A stretch of DNA of 52,445 bases, counting the filler, from Bipalium vagum (taxonomy: Eukaryota), in NCBI GenBank assembly GCA_037834085.1. It is 3 parts of 3 records of this genome, joined end to end, with 100 filler letters (N's around TTAATTAATTAA, not from the genome) between each part and the next. Parts side by side here need not be neighbours in the genome. Positions count along the whole stretch, not along the records: positions 1 to 15,619 come from JBBMKC010147541.1; 2 more parts are not named here. One strand, 5' to 3'. Below are positions 1-14,189 of the stretch, one piece after another. Positions within the stretch are counted from its first letter, which is position 1, and each line of letters begins with the position of its first letter. A program made the translations under genes and the position numbers. Under the pieces are notes generated by a model. It was given only the letters and a program-made list of their open reading frames with translations, searched no databases and was not told the origin of the DNA.

Positions 1-31
1 TGAATACATTTTAATAAATAATTTATTTATG

Positions 32-32
<1 letters not shown>

Positions 33-79
<47 letters not shown>

Positions 80-112
80 TATTATTGTTATTATTATATT
101 CATTATAATTAT
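33..112. repeat. (TAT)n microsatellite, imperfect toward its 3' end
   Basis: Direct reading of the tattattattat run. Confidence 0.9.
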
Positions 113-3100
113 ATTATATATTAGAATTATTTTTTATATCATTTATTTTTTAATCTGAGTATCATTTATTATTTAAATTTATTTTTATACTAATTATGCA
201 TATTATTTATGAGGAGATTATTTTTTCTTATACTCATCCCTGAGATGAAAGTAATTTAATTATCTCTATCATTCTATTTATATTTAGTAAATACAGTCAC
301 ATAATTTTATATGTCAGCCTAATTAGTTTTGATAATTTATTTTTAATAATTAAAAATATATAAATAATTTCATTTATAAAAGTCTTGATAAAATTACTAA
401 TGTGAATATTTAAACATATTTTGAAGTTTTAAATTTTATAAATTGCCCAATATTTAAAAGATTTTTTTAAAAAATAAGGAAGACACGTTATATTAATTTA
501 TTGAATTTGTGAAATTTGTTTAAATATTATTACTTTTATTTGAATCAATATTTCTTGAAAAAGTTATATCTGAGATTATTAACAACCAAAAATGTTAATT
601 GTTTAATACTTAATTGAATTCATAATAAAAATGTATTTATTTTATATTATTTATTGTAAAAAATATTCTTTAATGAATCGCAGATTAAGATAATTTAAAT
701 AATTTAAATTAAAATCTTTTTCAATAATACTTTTATTTACTAACAATTTATTTTATTACATACATGAATTTTCGTGATTAATTAATTAATTGACAATTAA
801 GAGTTTCAATTAAATAAATTATAGAACAATGCGAAAAAAATTATTAAAGTTTATTTCAGATTTCCGTGCAAACATTTTTGATATTTTCAATAGAATACTT
901 TAGAAATTTATTTAAATGAAATTTTTCCGAAATGATTTTTATTTTTTATTAATATTTTCCTTTATTCGTGATATTAAAAAATGAAAATAAACCATTAAAA
1001 AAAACTTACCATTCATATAAACAAAAATTAAAAATTATGTTATATTTTATATTTTTAATTAATTTTTAAAATAAATACTAATTTAAATCTTTCAGTCTTT
1101 ATCGACTGAAAATAAAAACTATTTCGGCGATTTCACAATTTTAATGAAATAAAATTGAAGTGTACAATTTATTTTTCTCTTTAGAATTCCAAAAAACGTA
1201 AATCGTTTTGGAAATGATAAAAATCATTAGTCGAATCAGTCATCAAATTTGTCACTTTATAATTTCATGTCATCATCACTGTCAAGACATGTAGAGCCCG
1301 CAGAAATATACAACTGAAATCCCCCATTTTCTGTGAAGACAGTGAGAGTGTACGGCTGGAGGTCTATTGATTTCAAAAATAGAGTTTCGCGCCTTGTTAA
1401 GATAAAAGGGAAGTAAAAATAAAGATAACAATATTTTTATCACGTATAAAAAAATAATTAATACTTTTAACTGAAATATTCTATTTTAAGAAAATAAAAG
1501 AAATAGTTTTATTGAGGGTATTTCTGTAACTTAAGGCCATCTGACAGATAGTTGATGAATTCCATCTCGGAAAAGTTTACTTGTCATTTTGTAATGACAT
1601 TCACTGTTTGGACTGAGTATTATGTGAGTCTTGATGTATAGAATGTTTCAACAAAACAGTATATTTTTACAAATTCTGAAATATTCCAAAAAAAGAATAA
1701 ACAATAGCAGAATAGATAATGAAATATGTAATGAATATACTTACATAAATTTGAATTGAATATAAATAAAATAATAAATTTTTATTTTAATAAAACAAAA
1801 CTATTTAATTATTGGACATAAAAATCAGGGCGGGTTCAGAATTTTTTCCCCCACTGTATTTAATTCTTCAAATTTTGTGCTAACTTTACTTTGTACATAT
1901 ATACAAACGCAGACAGTAGATATAATCTCCATGCTTCTTGATTATCTCAAAAAGGTGACTTTTCATGTGTTCAAAATCTGTGTGCAGATTTAATTTTTTA
2001 CTTTTATTTTTCATGAAATTTGCTAGATATGCCGAGAGAGAATTAATACTTAAAAATTGTCAAATTCCATAGCTTTGAACATAAACCTGGTCATTTTGGA
2101 AATCACTACAAAAAATGCAGGCAACGATTATATGAAACTTCATGCCTGATATTGTTCTGTTGGTAACTGTTGGCCTGTAACTATCTATCTCTACCAGTGT
2201 AAATTATCTTATCAAGAAGGTAAAGAATCATGGTACATCCATTTTTGTCAACGGTCACAGCATGATTGTTCAGATTTCTGAGCAAATTTTGTGATTTTCG
2301 GTTATTTGATGAGGAAAACTCATCTTGCATAAACGCACTGAACTAATGTAGAGATTAGTAAAAGCAGATATTTATCTAATAGCACATCTGAAACACCAGT
2401 TATTCTACTGAATATTTTTACTTTTCAGAAAATTTGTAAAAGCGCTGTTTTTTTAGACACCTTATATTAATAGAGATAGTTAATATCAATTGAAACACTC
2501 CTATAAATGCGCAAGATACTTGAAGACGTTACAATTGAAATCCAATAATATACATTTTTGAAATGACCCTGTAAGATAGATAATTATTGAAATTGAGGAT
2601 TTTTACAAAGTTTTGTGCATGTATCCTGAATGTCAAATTTCAGTGAGTAGTAATAATTTCATCTTTTTCATTACATAAAATAATATCAGATTAAAAAGCA
2701 TTTATAGCACCACTTCAAAATCACTGAGCAAATATGTTTTATATTTACTTTGCTCAATAAATATCAAAAATTCTTTTCTGAAAAATACACTGTTAGTTCT
2801 AGTCTGGACCAAAAAATTTTAATCTGGTAACTGAGAAACGTTTTGTAAAAAATTTAAGGATAATCATCTGAGAGACAAAGATTACAGAAATCATAACTCC
2901 TAATTTGTCTATCTCAGTATTAAAGTCACATGTGAAGGTTTAATGGATAAATGACAACGTAATAATACCTTCCTTTTAGAAATCATTCTTTTCCCGCCAA
3001 TCTAATCTGATTCACATTGACTATCTTTGTCTTTCCGTATTCCTTCAACATTGCTTATTAGAGAAGATCTCATCCTTTGACAGATCAAAGCGAAATCGTT

Positions 3101-3959
3101 GTCTTCTCTTTGTATAATGAAATGTCAATTTTGTACGTACATCGATCTGAGGTATGCAGTAAGCGGATATGTATTATTAAAAATCATTTAATCTTTGTTC
3201 GACTATTTACACTATATTAGAATAATATTTTTTTGTTTTATTGAGAAATCTTTTTGGATTATCGAAGATGGCGATGGCTCATTGAAATTTTGATCATTTA
3301 TGGGTTTCAATATTAAATTATGGGACAGCTATTGGAGCTTGTTTGAGATATACGATTTGATTCATTTTACTAAGTTTAATTCTCCACTTCTGCTTTTAAA
3401 TCCTATGTAAATGATTAACATTTCTCGAAGAAATCTACCATTCAACAGTAAAAGATCTTGTTAAACAGTTTGGGGTATTTATTACAAAAGTGATCCTTTT
3501 GAAATTCTCTTATAGAAATTTGAACATTTAAGTACATTTTTTAAAAAACCCATCACAAAAGATCTACATTATGTCAGTTACACAATTATATACAGATACA
3601 TAAATATATTACAGAAAGATTTCATTAAAACAAAAATTTCTAAATTGATAATTATTACAAATTCATAATTAATATCAATCAAACAAACTTCCTCCGCTCT
3701 TGTTGAGAACATCCAAACATGATCGCGATTACAAACGGCAATTGGTTACATAAACGATTAGGCTCACTGAGATTGATTTTTGTTGCACGAGATTTTCCAG
3801 TCTGTTGATAAACTTAACTTGTTGTAAATATATTGATCTTCTTTCTTAGAGATAATAATGAATCAGGCTAAACCTCTTTAAAAGTCAATAAACTACAGTC
3901 GTTAATGTAACAGATTTCACCTTACAATTACTTTAAAACCAAATGTCATTGGAAAAGGT

Positions 3960-4371
3960 ATTGTTAAGTGTTTCGCTGTCCGATAGGGACATTATGCATT
4001 TCGGGCTATTACAATCATGTGAAACAATTACAGCGGGTGCACATTGCACTAATATGAAGAGATGATGCCTAAGCTGGAGAAACCTGTGAATGCTGTAGAT
4101 TTTTTTATCTCTAGTTCAGTTAGCTTTTGTAAATTATATTTACATACATATGGTTGTGCATTGCCATGTAGCAGAACTATCCTTTTCCTGTTAACCACTG
4201 AATGTAGCCTAACGCTTAATTTTTGGTGCATTATTTCTAGATTGGTTCAGTACTTGTCTGTTATGAGAGTCTCTTCAGGATCTAGCAGTTAAAATATTTA
4301 ATTACATATTTTGTGTTATTTTGATTGGTTAAAATTTTCCGTAATAAATAAAACCTCATGTGTCGACCTAA
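3960..4371 (-). mobile_element. Decayed mariner (DD34D) transposase fragment with a TIR remnant
   Basis: Minus translation NRKRIVLLHGNAQPYV..KLTELEI resembles mariner NRKGVILLHDNARPH; ends in the TIR-like tcgacctaa+TA. Confidence 0.7.
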
Positions 4372-4373
4372 TA

Positions 4374-4967
4374 CAGGGTCTTCCAAAAGAAGCTTTACTA
4401 CTTTAAGTCGCTATTTCTCGTTACATTAAAATTAAAAAACCAAGTAATTCTATTTATACCTTTATTTAAACACAGATATTACAAAAAATTATATTTTAAA
4501 TATGTCATTAAAATGACAGCCTCTGGCAGCCTTACAAGTCTATCTTTATGGAATTTTGCATAACTTTTTGGCATAAATCAATTGAGATCATAGCGATTTA
4601 TTCCGAAATGTTGTCTTAGAGTTGTATAATAGTTTTTGGTTGATTAATATAAACTTTATCTTTTAGATATCTCCATAAGAAATAGTCTGGGGCCGTCAAA
4701 TCGGGAGATCTGGGAGGCCAATCAATATTACCGAAACTTGAGATCACGCCAGATGGAAAAGTTTCGTGTAATAATGCAATTGTTTTCCTATTTGTATGGG
4801 ATATGGCACCATCTTGCTGAAAGTAAATATTCTCCACATTAAAATCATTCAGATAAGGCTTAAGGAATGTTTCTATCATGTGTCGACATCTTTCTCCCAT
4901 TACTGTAACTGTTTTACCTGCAGCATTTTCGAAAAAGTATGGACCAAGCTTCTTTTGAAAGACTCTG
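4374..4967 (-). mobile_element. Internally deleted rosa-type (DD41D) Tc1/mariner element
   Basis: TIRs CAGGGTCTTCCAAAAGAAGCT / AGCTTCTTTTGAAAGACTCTG, each flanked by TA. ORF 4616-4900 has YFQQDGA...WPPRSPDLTAPDYFLW with 41 residues between the two Asp, and GPYFFEN upstream. Confidence 0.9.
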
Positions 4968-7900
4968 TATAAAGATAGTCAATGATATACTTTTGCGTAT
5001 AGTATTCAGAACTTGTTGAAAACTATCCTGGGTTTTAGTGGAGAACCCTTTGTGGAGAACTATAAATTAATATAATCAATCGATTTTAGGTTGAAGAAAT
5101 AATGTAAAATGATAAAAATCGTTTTGTTTTTTAATTTTAAGGATATGTCAATCACTGTTAAAAATACCGATAATTTTAATGTTAATGTTCTTTAAATACG
5201 ATATCTGATTCTGTCAATTAAATTTATAGTAGAAAAAACTAACGGTGGTTATTTGTTTCTCGATAGGTAACCAAGATGACAACATAAAAATTAAAAGATT
5301 ATCTCATTGTCTTATCTAGATTAAAAAAAAGTACCATCTCCAACAGAAAAGTGATAAAACCATAAAAATAACTTATTTTCCTTTTATTTTCCAGGATAAG
5401 TGTATATATAAAATGAATTGATTATATTTTTTATTTTTTATTTATTTATAAATATGACAATGTACTTCTAGAAAAACAATAATATTATTAATGTTAGTTG
5501 TGGCTAAAAAATCATTACATTCCATAATAATGTATTAATTCAAACCGTTTTCTGTTTTGTGCAATTTACTATTTTAAAAAAAGAAATTATAATACTTTTC
5601 ACATATAAAATTTTCCCATTTAATTCGAATATATTGAGCATTAAAATTTATGCTAGATTTTATTAAAAATTTAATTTATACCTTTATTTAATTATTAAAA
5701 TCTTTTAGCTCAATATACTGCAAATTAAATTAAAAAATTAAATATGTTACTCAGATATTTTAGCTTCTCAAAATTATTAATAATAATGATTGTTATTATT
5801 TATTTTGATTATTTTTTTCGGACGATTTCTAAAATAATTGATCATCTTAATTTCAGCTGCATTACCAGAAAGAGTCGTACAACAAAGAAATTCCGCCCAT
5901 TCTCGAAATACATGGAGTCATCTCAGTGTCATTCTTGTGATCCTGTTTATTTTTTGTGGATAATGATAAATTCCAAGTTTCTAGTCCCACTTTGTCCATA
6001 TCAAATCACAGAAATAGAAGATTCGATACAATTCGATCATTTTAAATAATATGAATTTCCTTTAAATCCTATTTTAAAGTATGATTCTTCTTTGAGTTTA
6101 ATATTTTCATTAAAAACAAACCGTCCAGACATTCTTGTGTCTAATCAAAATGTTAATTAATAAAAAATGGCGATAAAAGTTTGTTTGAAACAGAAATCCT
6201 CGAAAAGGGATCTGACATATTCTGTAAAAATAAAAATTGTGGAATAGTTGTTTTTTTTTGTTATTTTGCACAATAAATTTTTGTCGATTCATTGATGTAA
6301 AAAATGAGATATTCTAAGAAAAGCGTCTGATTATAATTTGATTTAAAGAGCGTTAAAATTTTGCCAAAAATATTTTTTGACAGATCAAGTTGATAAAAAA
6401 TATCGAATGATAGAATGATTGATCGCTTTGCACGATTTGAAGAGGCTCAATCTCCGACATTTACACCTTTGCATCAACCCGCGTTCAACATCTGATTGGC
6501 TGCACTTCGTGTTTGCCTCCTTAATAAACTATTTGGAACTTTTGCAAATGTGAAAAAATTTTACGATTGTATTCGTAAAAAATTACAATAACAAGATTTG
6601 TGGAAATAGTTTTCTTATTTGTGAATTATCAAAATAAAAAGTTGTTCGAATTATGTAAAAATTTTATATATTTTGCATCGAGAAGCAAAAATAAAAAATT
6701 GTGTATTTTCTGGGTATTTATATATTTATTTTAACACATTATCTGTATTTTAATTGGTTGAAAAATAGTCTGGTATCTTTAATTAAATAAATAAAGAAAA
6801 ATAATATCTTTAAATGAATTGATTTTAATTATGAAAAAATAAAATAAAAAAATCTCGGAAATGTAATTGATTGGGTGATATTTTATCAAATTCGCCATTA
6901 GAGTAAATAATTTATGAATTCTAAAATGAAATAAAAATTATAAGAATAATTTTAAAAATTAAGTAATTCTCCATATTTTTTCCTGATCATTAACTATTGA
7001 TATTTACCTCATTGCTAAATTATCGATAAATTCTCAAAAACTAAATCATTTATATTTACTTAATCTTCTCGATTCACACAATTCTTCTGATGACCACATA
7101 ACATAAATGCCATCTTTTTGTTGATCTATCAAGGTTTAATAAAACTATACTTTTCTGTTTCTCGCTGATATTCAATTGGAATCATTCTTTTATTATAATT
7201 CTTCTTTAAAATTAAATTTAAAGTTAAATTTAGTTTTACTATTAACTATTCTGAAAAATATCTAAATTATTAATTTAATTTTTAATTTATTTTATTTAAT
7301 TTATATTATTGATATTATTATTGGTCTTTATGTTATTATTTACATCTTTTATCGATGATGTTTATTAATTTTATTGAATTTTTTAATGAAAAATTATATT
7401 TATAGTCATTTAATATTATTGATTGTAATGTGTAAATTTTATTTAAAATAAGAAAAGAACTTTTCAAACAATTCTTAATTAATATTGCTTTCGTTTCCAA
7501 AATAAATAAGAATATTAAACAAGTTCTGTAATTTTAAATACGAAGAAGAAAAGTCCTGAAGATTTCTTTTTATCATTTTACTATTCTTTAACTTTGTTAG
7601 AGATTTTTATGTGCACCTATTTTGGATAACAGTTAGAGATAAAATGGAGATCTTATTGGAGATCAAGCAATCCATGACCAATTTTGATGGTCTGGAAAGA
7701 ATAATTCTAATTATTACAATGGAGATAATTATAATTTTTATTATAATAATAAAGTAAAATTAATTAATTATAGATAAAAAATAAGAAAAATAAATCATAT
7801 CCACAAAATCCAAAAATATTTACCTAAAGATCAGAATATCGGTCTGAGAAAATTTTGTTAAATTTAATTTTGAAAACCCAATAACTAATTACTCTGGAAG

Positions 7901-9149
7901 GTATATTTCATGAATAAATTTTAATAGTCCTCTTTTTCGTCATCGTTGTAATTAAGTCATCGGATTAGTCGGATTACTAATAAAAAATTTATATAAAAGA
8001 AGCTCCTAAAATCAGTAGGTTGACCAATAAACGTATTAGTTCTTGAAAATTGACAAGCTATTGTATATTGCCATTATAATAACATATTTAATTGTTGACG
8101 TAACCATGAAGGTTGAAAGAGAAACGGAAAAGAATGCACTCGCTCTTCTGTCCAGTAGTCCTCTGGTAAAAATGGTTTTCTACTCTAAAAAAAAATTTTG
8201 AAGTGAAAGAATATAAAATTTAAAAATTTACTTAATTTATGCAAGAGTCACGGTATTTTGTTAATTTAACTAAGATTCAAAGTTTGAATGAGTCTAAAAT
8301 TCACCGTTGCCTTGAAAAACTGTTAAAATAAAAACTATTTATTAATGCGCAAAGTTTTGTAATGATTTACTTTCAAATTATTAAACTCTTTTTGCAACAA
8401 AATTTGGTTTCAACTTCTTGCACAAATCTTTAATTAATATTCTTCAATAAAATGACAATTTTTCTGTAATCTTTTTGCTCTTATTTAACTTTTTTAAACA
8501 GTTTTCTTTAGAAATAATTGGTTATCTTTTTAACTCTCCACGAGATTTATGATTCTGGCTCATATAGTCAATTGCTGTGAATTTCAATCACTAATCAAAA
8601 CCAACTGCCATAATCGAGGTTATACTAAATAATTATTCAGAATTGGGTCTTGGAATGTGCCATTAAAAATATTTTTGTTGTTGTATTATTATATTTTTAT
8701 TTATTTCTTATTCCTTATAAAGAAAGGCAAGAAAACAGATATTCCAATGAAAATGAATGTTGTGTAGTAATGAACAACTTTGATTATGACGTAGAGCGCA
8801 AAATATGTAAATCATTACAAATTAAAAAATTGAATTCAGAAATTAATTCACAAAATGGAGAAAGCAGAAATCAATGGATGATTAATGTTTCTTTAATTAA
8901 TATTCTGAAAAACAATTTCCTATTTTAATTTTAAATTTTTCGAAAATTCTTAGAACTAAAATAGTTTTTTTAGTTTTTTACAATATATTTTGCAAAAAAA
9001 CAAAATAAAATAATCGTGGTGTTTTGTGATCAGAAGCAATTTTGAATCAATCGAAAACCATATGAAAGATATTTAAGTTAGCTGCTTGAGTTTCGCACTG
9101 AACAGGTGAGGTTTCTTCACCTGACAGGTGAGAATTGCATTCAAAAAAA

Positions 9150-9801
9150 AAGTGAGTGCTGCTCTCCAGAATATAAATCGTTTCATTTTTGATGGCCTCA
9201 ACCCAAGATGAAAAATGGTTTCTGTATGCCAATAACAAAAAAGATATACAATGGCGACACTTTAATGAAACACCACTACTAACTGTCAAATGTGTTTAAC
9301 GAACTAAAATTTGTTATTGAATCTTTGATATAACATCCATGGGATTGTGTATTAGGATCTATTAGATGAGAATTGCACTATTAATGCCGAAATGCATTCT
9401 CAACAATTTTGTAGTTTATGTCAAAATAATAGGCCGTCTCTGATTATTAAAACAGATATGATCTTGCAACAAGACAATTTTATGCTGTATATAACTGGTT
9501 TGTCTCAAAAGAAAATTTAAAAGCTTGGATGGAAAGTCTTACCATCTCTACCATGTTTCCCTGGCATCTCACCATCAGATTAATATTTATTTTGACCCCT
9601 TCAAAATTATTTGATGGAGAGAAATTCCAAAAAAGCAGTCTTATAAAAGCAGTTTTATTTCAAAGGTGTTGATGCTTTAGCACAAAGATGGACTCAAGCT
9701 GTCCAATCCAATAGAGAATATATCGTTGATTGAAATTCAAAAATTTTATATTATTAATTTAAATGTTATTTAAAAATGCAATTACTTATTTCTAGACCTG
9801 A
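9150..9801 (+). mobile_element. Decayed mariner, 3' two-thirds with right TIR
   Basis: TQDEKWFLY, ILQQDN and GWKVLPSLPCFPGISPSD (about PYSPDLAPSD). Right TIR attacttatttctagacctga+TA. Confidence 0.8.
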
Positions 9802-9989
9802 TAGTATCGTTTCTTTAGTTACTTTTAGAGATCCAATTTAATTGTGAACCCTTTATATTGCAAAACGTAAACGTTTTATTTTAATAAAATCTATTTGAAA
9901 TTCTTGTTAAAATTTGTTATATTTGATTGAATAATACCATTTATGTATCACATTAAAATTTAGATAATAGTTTGATATTTCTTATTTAA

Positions 9990-10290
9990 ACCATAAAGGA
10001 AAAAGGTATTTAGCATGATAAAAATGGCAAAAGAATTTAAGAGAAATATGTTATGAAATTTTGTCACACCCACCATCCATCCCAGACATCGCAGATACAG
10101 ATCTTCTGTTCTGCTAAATGGTTTCTTTCTTAAAGGAAATTTTTTTTTTAAAAACTTGAATGATATTAGAAATGACTTACAAACGTGTTTTTATGAAAAA
10201 AAACTACTGAATTTTATTCCGATGACATTCATCCTTTGGTAGATAGATTGCAAAGACACTGATATAGAATATTAAATCAATTAATGATTG
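9990..10290 (+). mobile_element. Mariner transposase C-terminal fragment
   Basis: YEILSHPPSIPDIADTD resembles WEVLPHPPYSPDLAPSD; followed by IHPLVDRLQR (about I..L..RW). Confidence 0.6.
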
Positions 10291-12239
10291 TATGTTAATA
10301 ATAAAATCTATTATGAAAATTTGTTGATTAGGAGCTCATAATTAAATTGGATCATTAAAATAAAATATTATTTTTTAATTTTGTTTCTAATTTAAATATT
10401 ATAATTAAAAAATGATATTATATATTATTGTTATTATAGTTAAATTTGCTACCAAGCAATCTTTAAGTAAATATTTTATTATATTCATTATTATTATTTA
10501 TAATTATAGAAAAGAAAGATTATTATGATAGAATCACTTCCTGAGATATTAAATAATAATAATCACATAAACTGACACTAAATAAACACGCATAACTACG
10601 ATGAAATAACACATGAAAACAATTGTATGAGATATAGTATTTTGTTTGACATCATCGGAATAAATCTTTAGTAATAAGAGCTTCAATGATGTTAATAAAG
10701 TTTTGCTAAAACATTAGAATCAAACTCAAAAATTAAAAGTTTTAAAAAATAAGAATTGAGCTGCATGCTTGAAGCTTATAAACGAATTTAGCTTATCCGA
10801 TTTCTGAGTTTATCAAGATCAAAAGTAGTTTTTCGCCCTAAACAGATCTGTGTAGTTCCTGTTATTCTCAAAATAGAGTATTTAAAAAATAAATGTTGAA
10901 ATATGGAAACTTTATGAAATAACTTTAAACGTTTAATAAAATAAAGTTTAAAATGTCTTATTTGTGACTTGTGTACCTTTAAGGTACTTATAGAATTTAA
11001 AATATTCAGTATCAAGAAGCCCTTTGAAATTTCGATTAATTATAATTGTAATATTTCGTTCCCTGATAATTGTAACTGAAATTTATTATCTTTGATCAAG
11101 ATGTTGTGAAACCAGGTAGAACTGGTTTCAATGATAAGAAATAACGAAAAACTAACATGTTAAATCAATTTCAAAAGTATTTAAGTTGGATTTAATTGGG
11201 GACTTTGAAGTTCATTCACATTAGACGATTTTCTATATTACACGCATTCATATTAGGTGAACTGTACTGTATTTGTTTTATAATTGAACGAATAAATAAT
11301 AAAAATAATAAACATGAAAAATTTTAATATTTTTATTAAGAAATTTATTAATTATTCTTTTCATTAGATCATTCATCCCATTTACAAAATTCTAATCCTA
11401 TCAACCTTCAGGAATATTGAAAATATATTTTTTATATAACATTTCGTAAAATACATTAAATGATTCAATTGGCTGAAAAATCTTTTAAAAAAGAACATAC
11501 CCAATATCTAAACTAGCAAATAAGAAAAAATAAGAAAAAATAAAGAATCTTAAATAAAAATGCCCAGTGAAATATTTTAAATAAATTTATATAAAATAAT
11601 TTTGAAATTAAGAATTTAAACAAAAAAAATCTTCAAATTATAACTATTAATTAATTAATTAATTAATTAATATTTGTATTACTTATTGATCTATGCATTT
11701 TAGACAATGCTTCCTAATGTCTTTTTATGTTATTTTTATTTGTTTAATTTTTCGTTACGACAAAACTATATTTTATTGAATAACTCTTCCAAATATAAAA
11801 TTGGGTTCCATACCAAAAATTTTAAATTAATTTAATAATATAAAATCATGAAAATATTTCCGAGAAAATTTATAATAAAAAAATATATAAGACTAAGTAA
11901 CATTTGAAATAATATTTTAACAATTTTACATTTCAATTCCATTACAAATTTTCACAGTCAATATTAGCATAACTGTTAATTAAAACAAAATGTGGAAAAA
12001 ACTAAAGTTTTTTTATGAATACGAACATTTGCTATTCAGCCAAATGAATTTTGTTTTAATAAGTGTCGTATTGCCATTTATCAAGCATGATTACAGAAGA
12101 GTAAAGTTTTTTTTTTCAAACGAGAAAAAATAATCAAACTGATCCCATTGGAATGCAGCGTAATGATGAATAACTAATAGAATTATGAAATATGCTTGGT
12201 TTATTTATTTGGTGCAACAAGTTTTAAATTAGAATTATT

Positions 12240-12792
12240 ATTGCTGAGAAAATTTATTGAAAGATAATGCCAGAAAATAATAAGAGCTTGAAGAGAATCC
12301 ATATAGAATTGGTCGCTTTTGAAAAATGGATACTTGACGCATTGGCGGGAGTCTTCCAATCTCTCTGACTTCCGATAAAACCCTGAGAAATATTTTCAAT
12401 CCAAAGACAACATTTCGTCATCAATAACATCTTAAGCGATTGTGTCATTTTTGATTACCTCACCAAGAAACAAAAACCATTGTAAATCGGTTGGAGTTAC
12501 CCATTATTGATGAATTATTATTGTCTGTATCATATTATTATTTGAAGTTTTCTTTTTATTTTATATATTGCTCTTTGGTTAGCATTAATAGAATTTTATA
12601 AATAAGTGCTCATTAGGAAATTCTAAAAAGACTCATTCGACTTTAGAAAATAATAAAATTATAATTATAAATTAAATCTATTAACAAATTATAAATATAT
12701 ATTTTTTATTAATAAACAGTTTTTTTTTATGGTGACTGGTCGACTTTTGATTTTTGCGATGAAAAACCGACAAGACTTTTCCCTCAACCAAA
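12240..12792 (-). mobile_element. Decayed mariner 5' fragment with TIR
   Basis: TIR-like aagactttttccctcaaccaaa+TA at the right end; degenerate transposase-like minus translation (DVIDDEMLSL.IE, SVKYP). Confidence 0.55.
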
Positions 12793-14189
12793 TATTATTA
12801 TTATGAAAATCGTGTCATCAGAATGAAAAAGAATTATGTTTTCATCCTTTAACAATATCGGCATTAATTAACGGGGAGTTTAATTTATTTTAAGTTTCGT
12901 TATGTATAAATGGAAAATGAGAAATAGTGTCCAAATTTCATATGAATTTAATCTAGAGGTAAATTAGAGAATTTTGACTTAAATTAACAAGAATTATGTG
13001 GATAACTTGCCTGTCTATTAGTAGAAAGTCAATAATTCAATGAATAAATTATTGACTATCTCTGTCATCTATATCTATTTTATTGATTACTTATTACAAA
13101 AAATCTGTTAAAAGATCATTTTTCCAATTTATTAATATTACTATTCTCTCTCTCTCTAATAATTTAATGATGAAAAAATATTCTTTAAATAAAAAATACT
13201 TTTTCTTTAAATAAAAAATACTTTTTCTTTTGTTACGGTTAATTTTAGATTTTCTTCTAAAGTTTTTGTAGAAAATATTAACACAAGATATTTTTGAATT
13301 TTTACGTTGTTTTTGTTAGGTGTACATGTTTCTTTTTATTTTATATATGTTGTAAATAAAATAAATAAATAATGTAATAAAATAATATTTTACTGACAAG
13401 ATTAAAAGTTTATGAAAATAATTTTTCTAAAATTTTTGTTATCTCATTCTTGTCACTGATTTTATTAATTATGATTTTATTTTCAACATCATAAACCTTT
13501 GATAATCATAATTTTTGCTTGTAGATTTTGAACTTTACTAGAAAAAAAATTGTAAACAAGAGCAATAATTAAATACATTTAAATGTCTTTTTAGATTCAA
13601 ATAAATACAAAAGATGAAAATTTATTTTATGTCACATTTTTGTCTGACTTCGTTAATACTTTTTATATTTCATTGTTTTTATATCTTCAATTTAACATAT
13701 GACACCATTCTTCAACATTCTTCAGTCATCATTCTTCATCTGTGCCCAGCATACATTCCTCGTCATTCATAGTTAGCATTCTGGTAACCATTTCTGCTTA
13801 TCATACGTACAAGCAGAGATATGCTCAACAGCAAAACCAAAGAAAGATATCTCGGTTTCAATTTATTAAACCTTTTTTGTGAGGTTGTATTTATTCCGTA
13901 AGTTATGAATATGATATATAAATAAGGAGGGAAACGGATTTGAATATTAATTATTTTCTGAAACATGTAAGGCGGTTTAATTAATTTAAAATATTTTTAA
14001 GTTTAAAACATAAAAAACAATTATTTTTAAATGAATAGAAAATCACTAAAATCTAAATCAGCTTTAAAAAAGATTGGTGTTGGAAAGAGAAAATGGTTTT
14101 TATTTCATAAAATCAATAATTTTCCTTTACTATATATTTTTTTTACTTTTAGATAGATTAGGAATTAGTTTAGTCACACAATGTGTACC

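Noticed and set aside
1828-2465. Decayed maT/rosa-like element
   Set aside because: TIR-like ends do not match each other well and no catalytic motif is cleanly readable.
11107-11130. Perfect 9-bp hairpin TGAAACCAG-N6-CTGGTTTCA
   Set aside because: Isolated, with no supporting context; plausible by chance in 52 kb.
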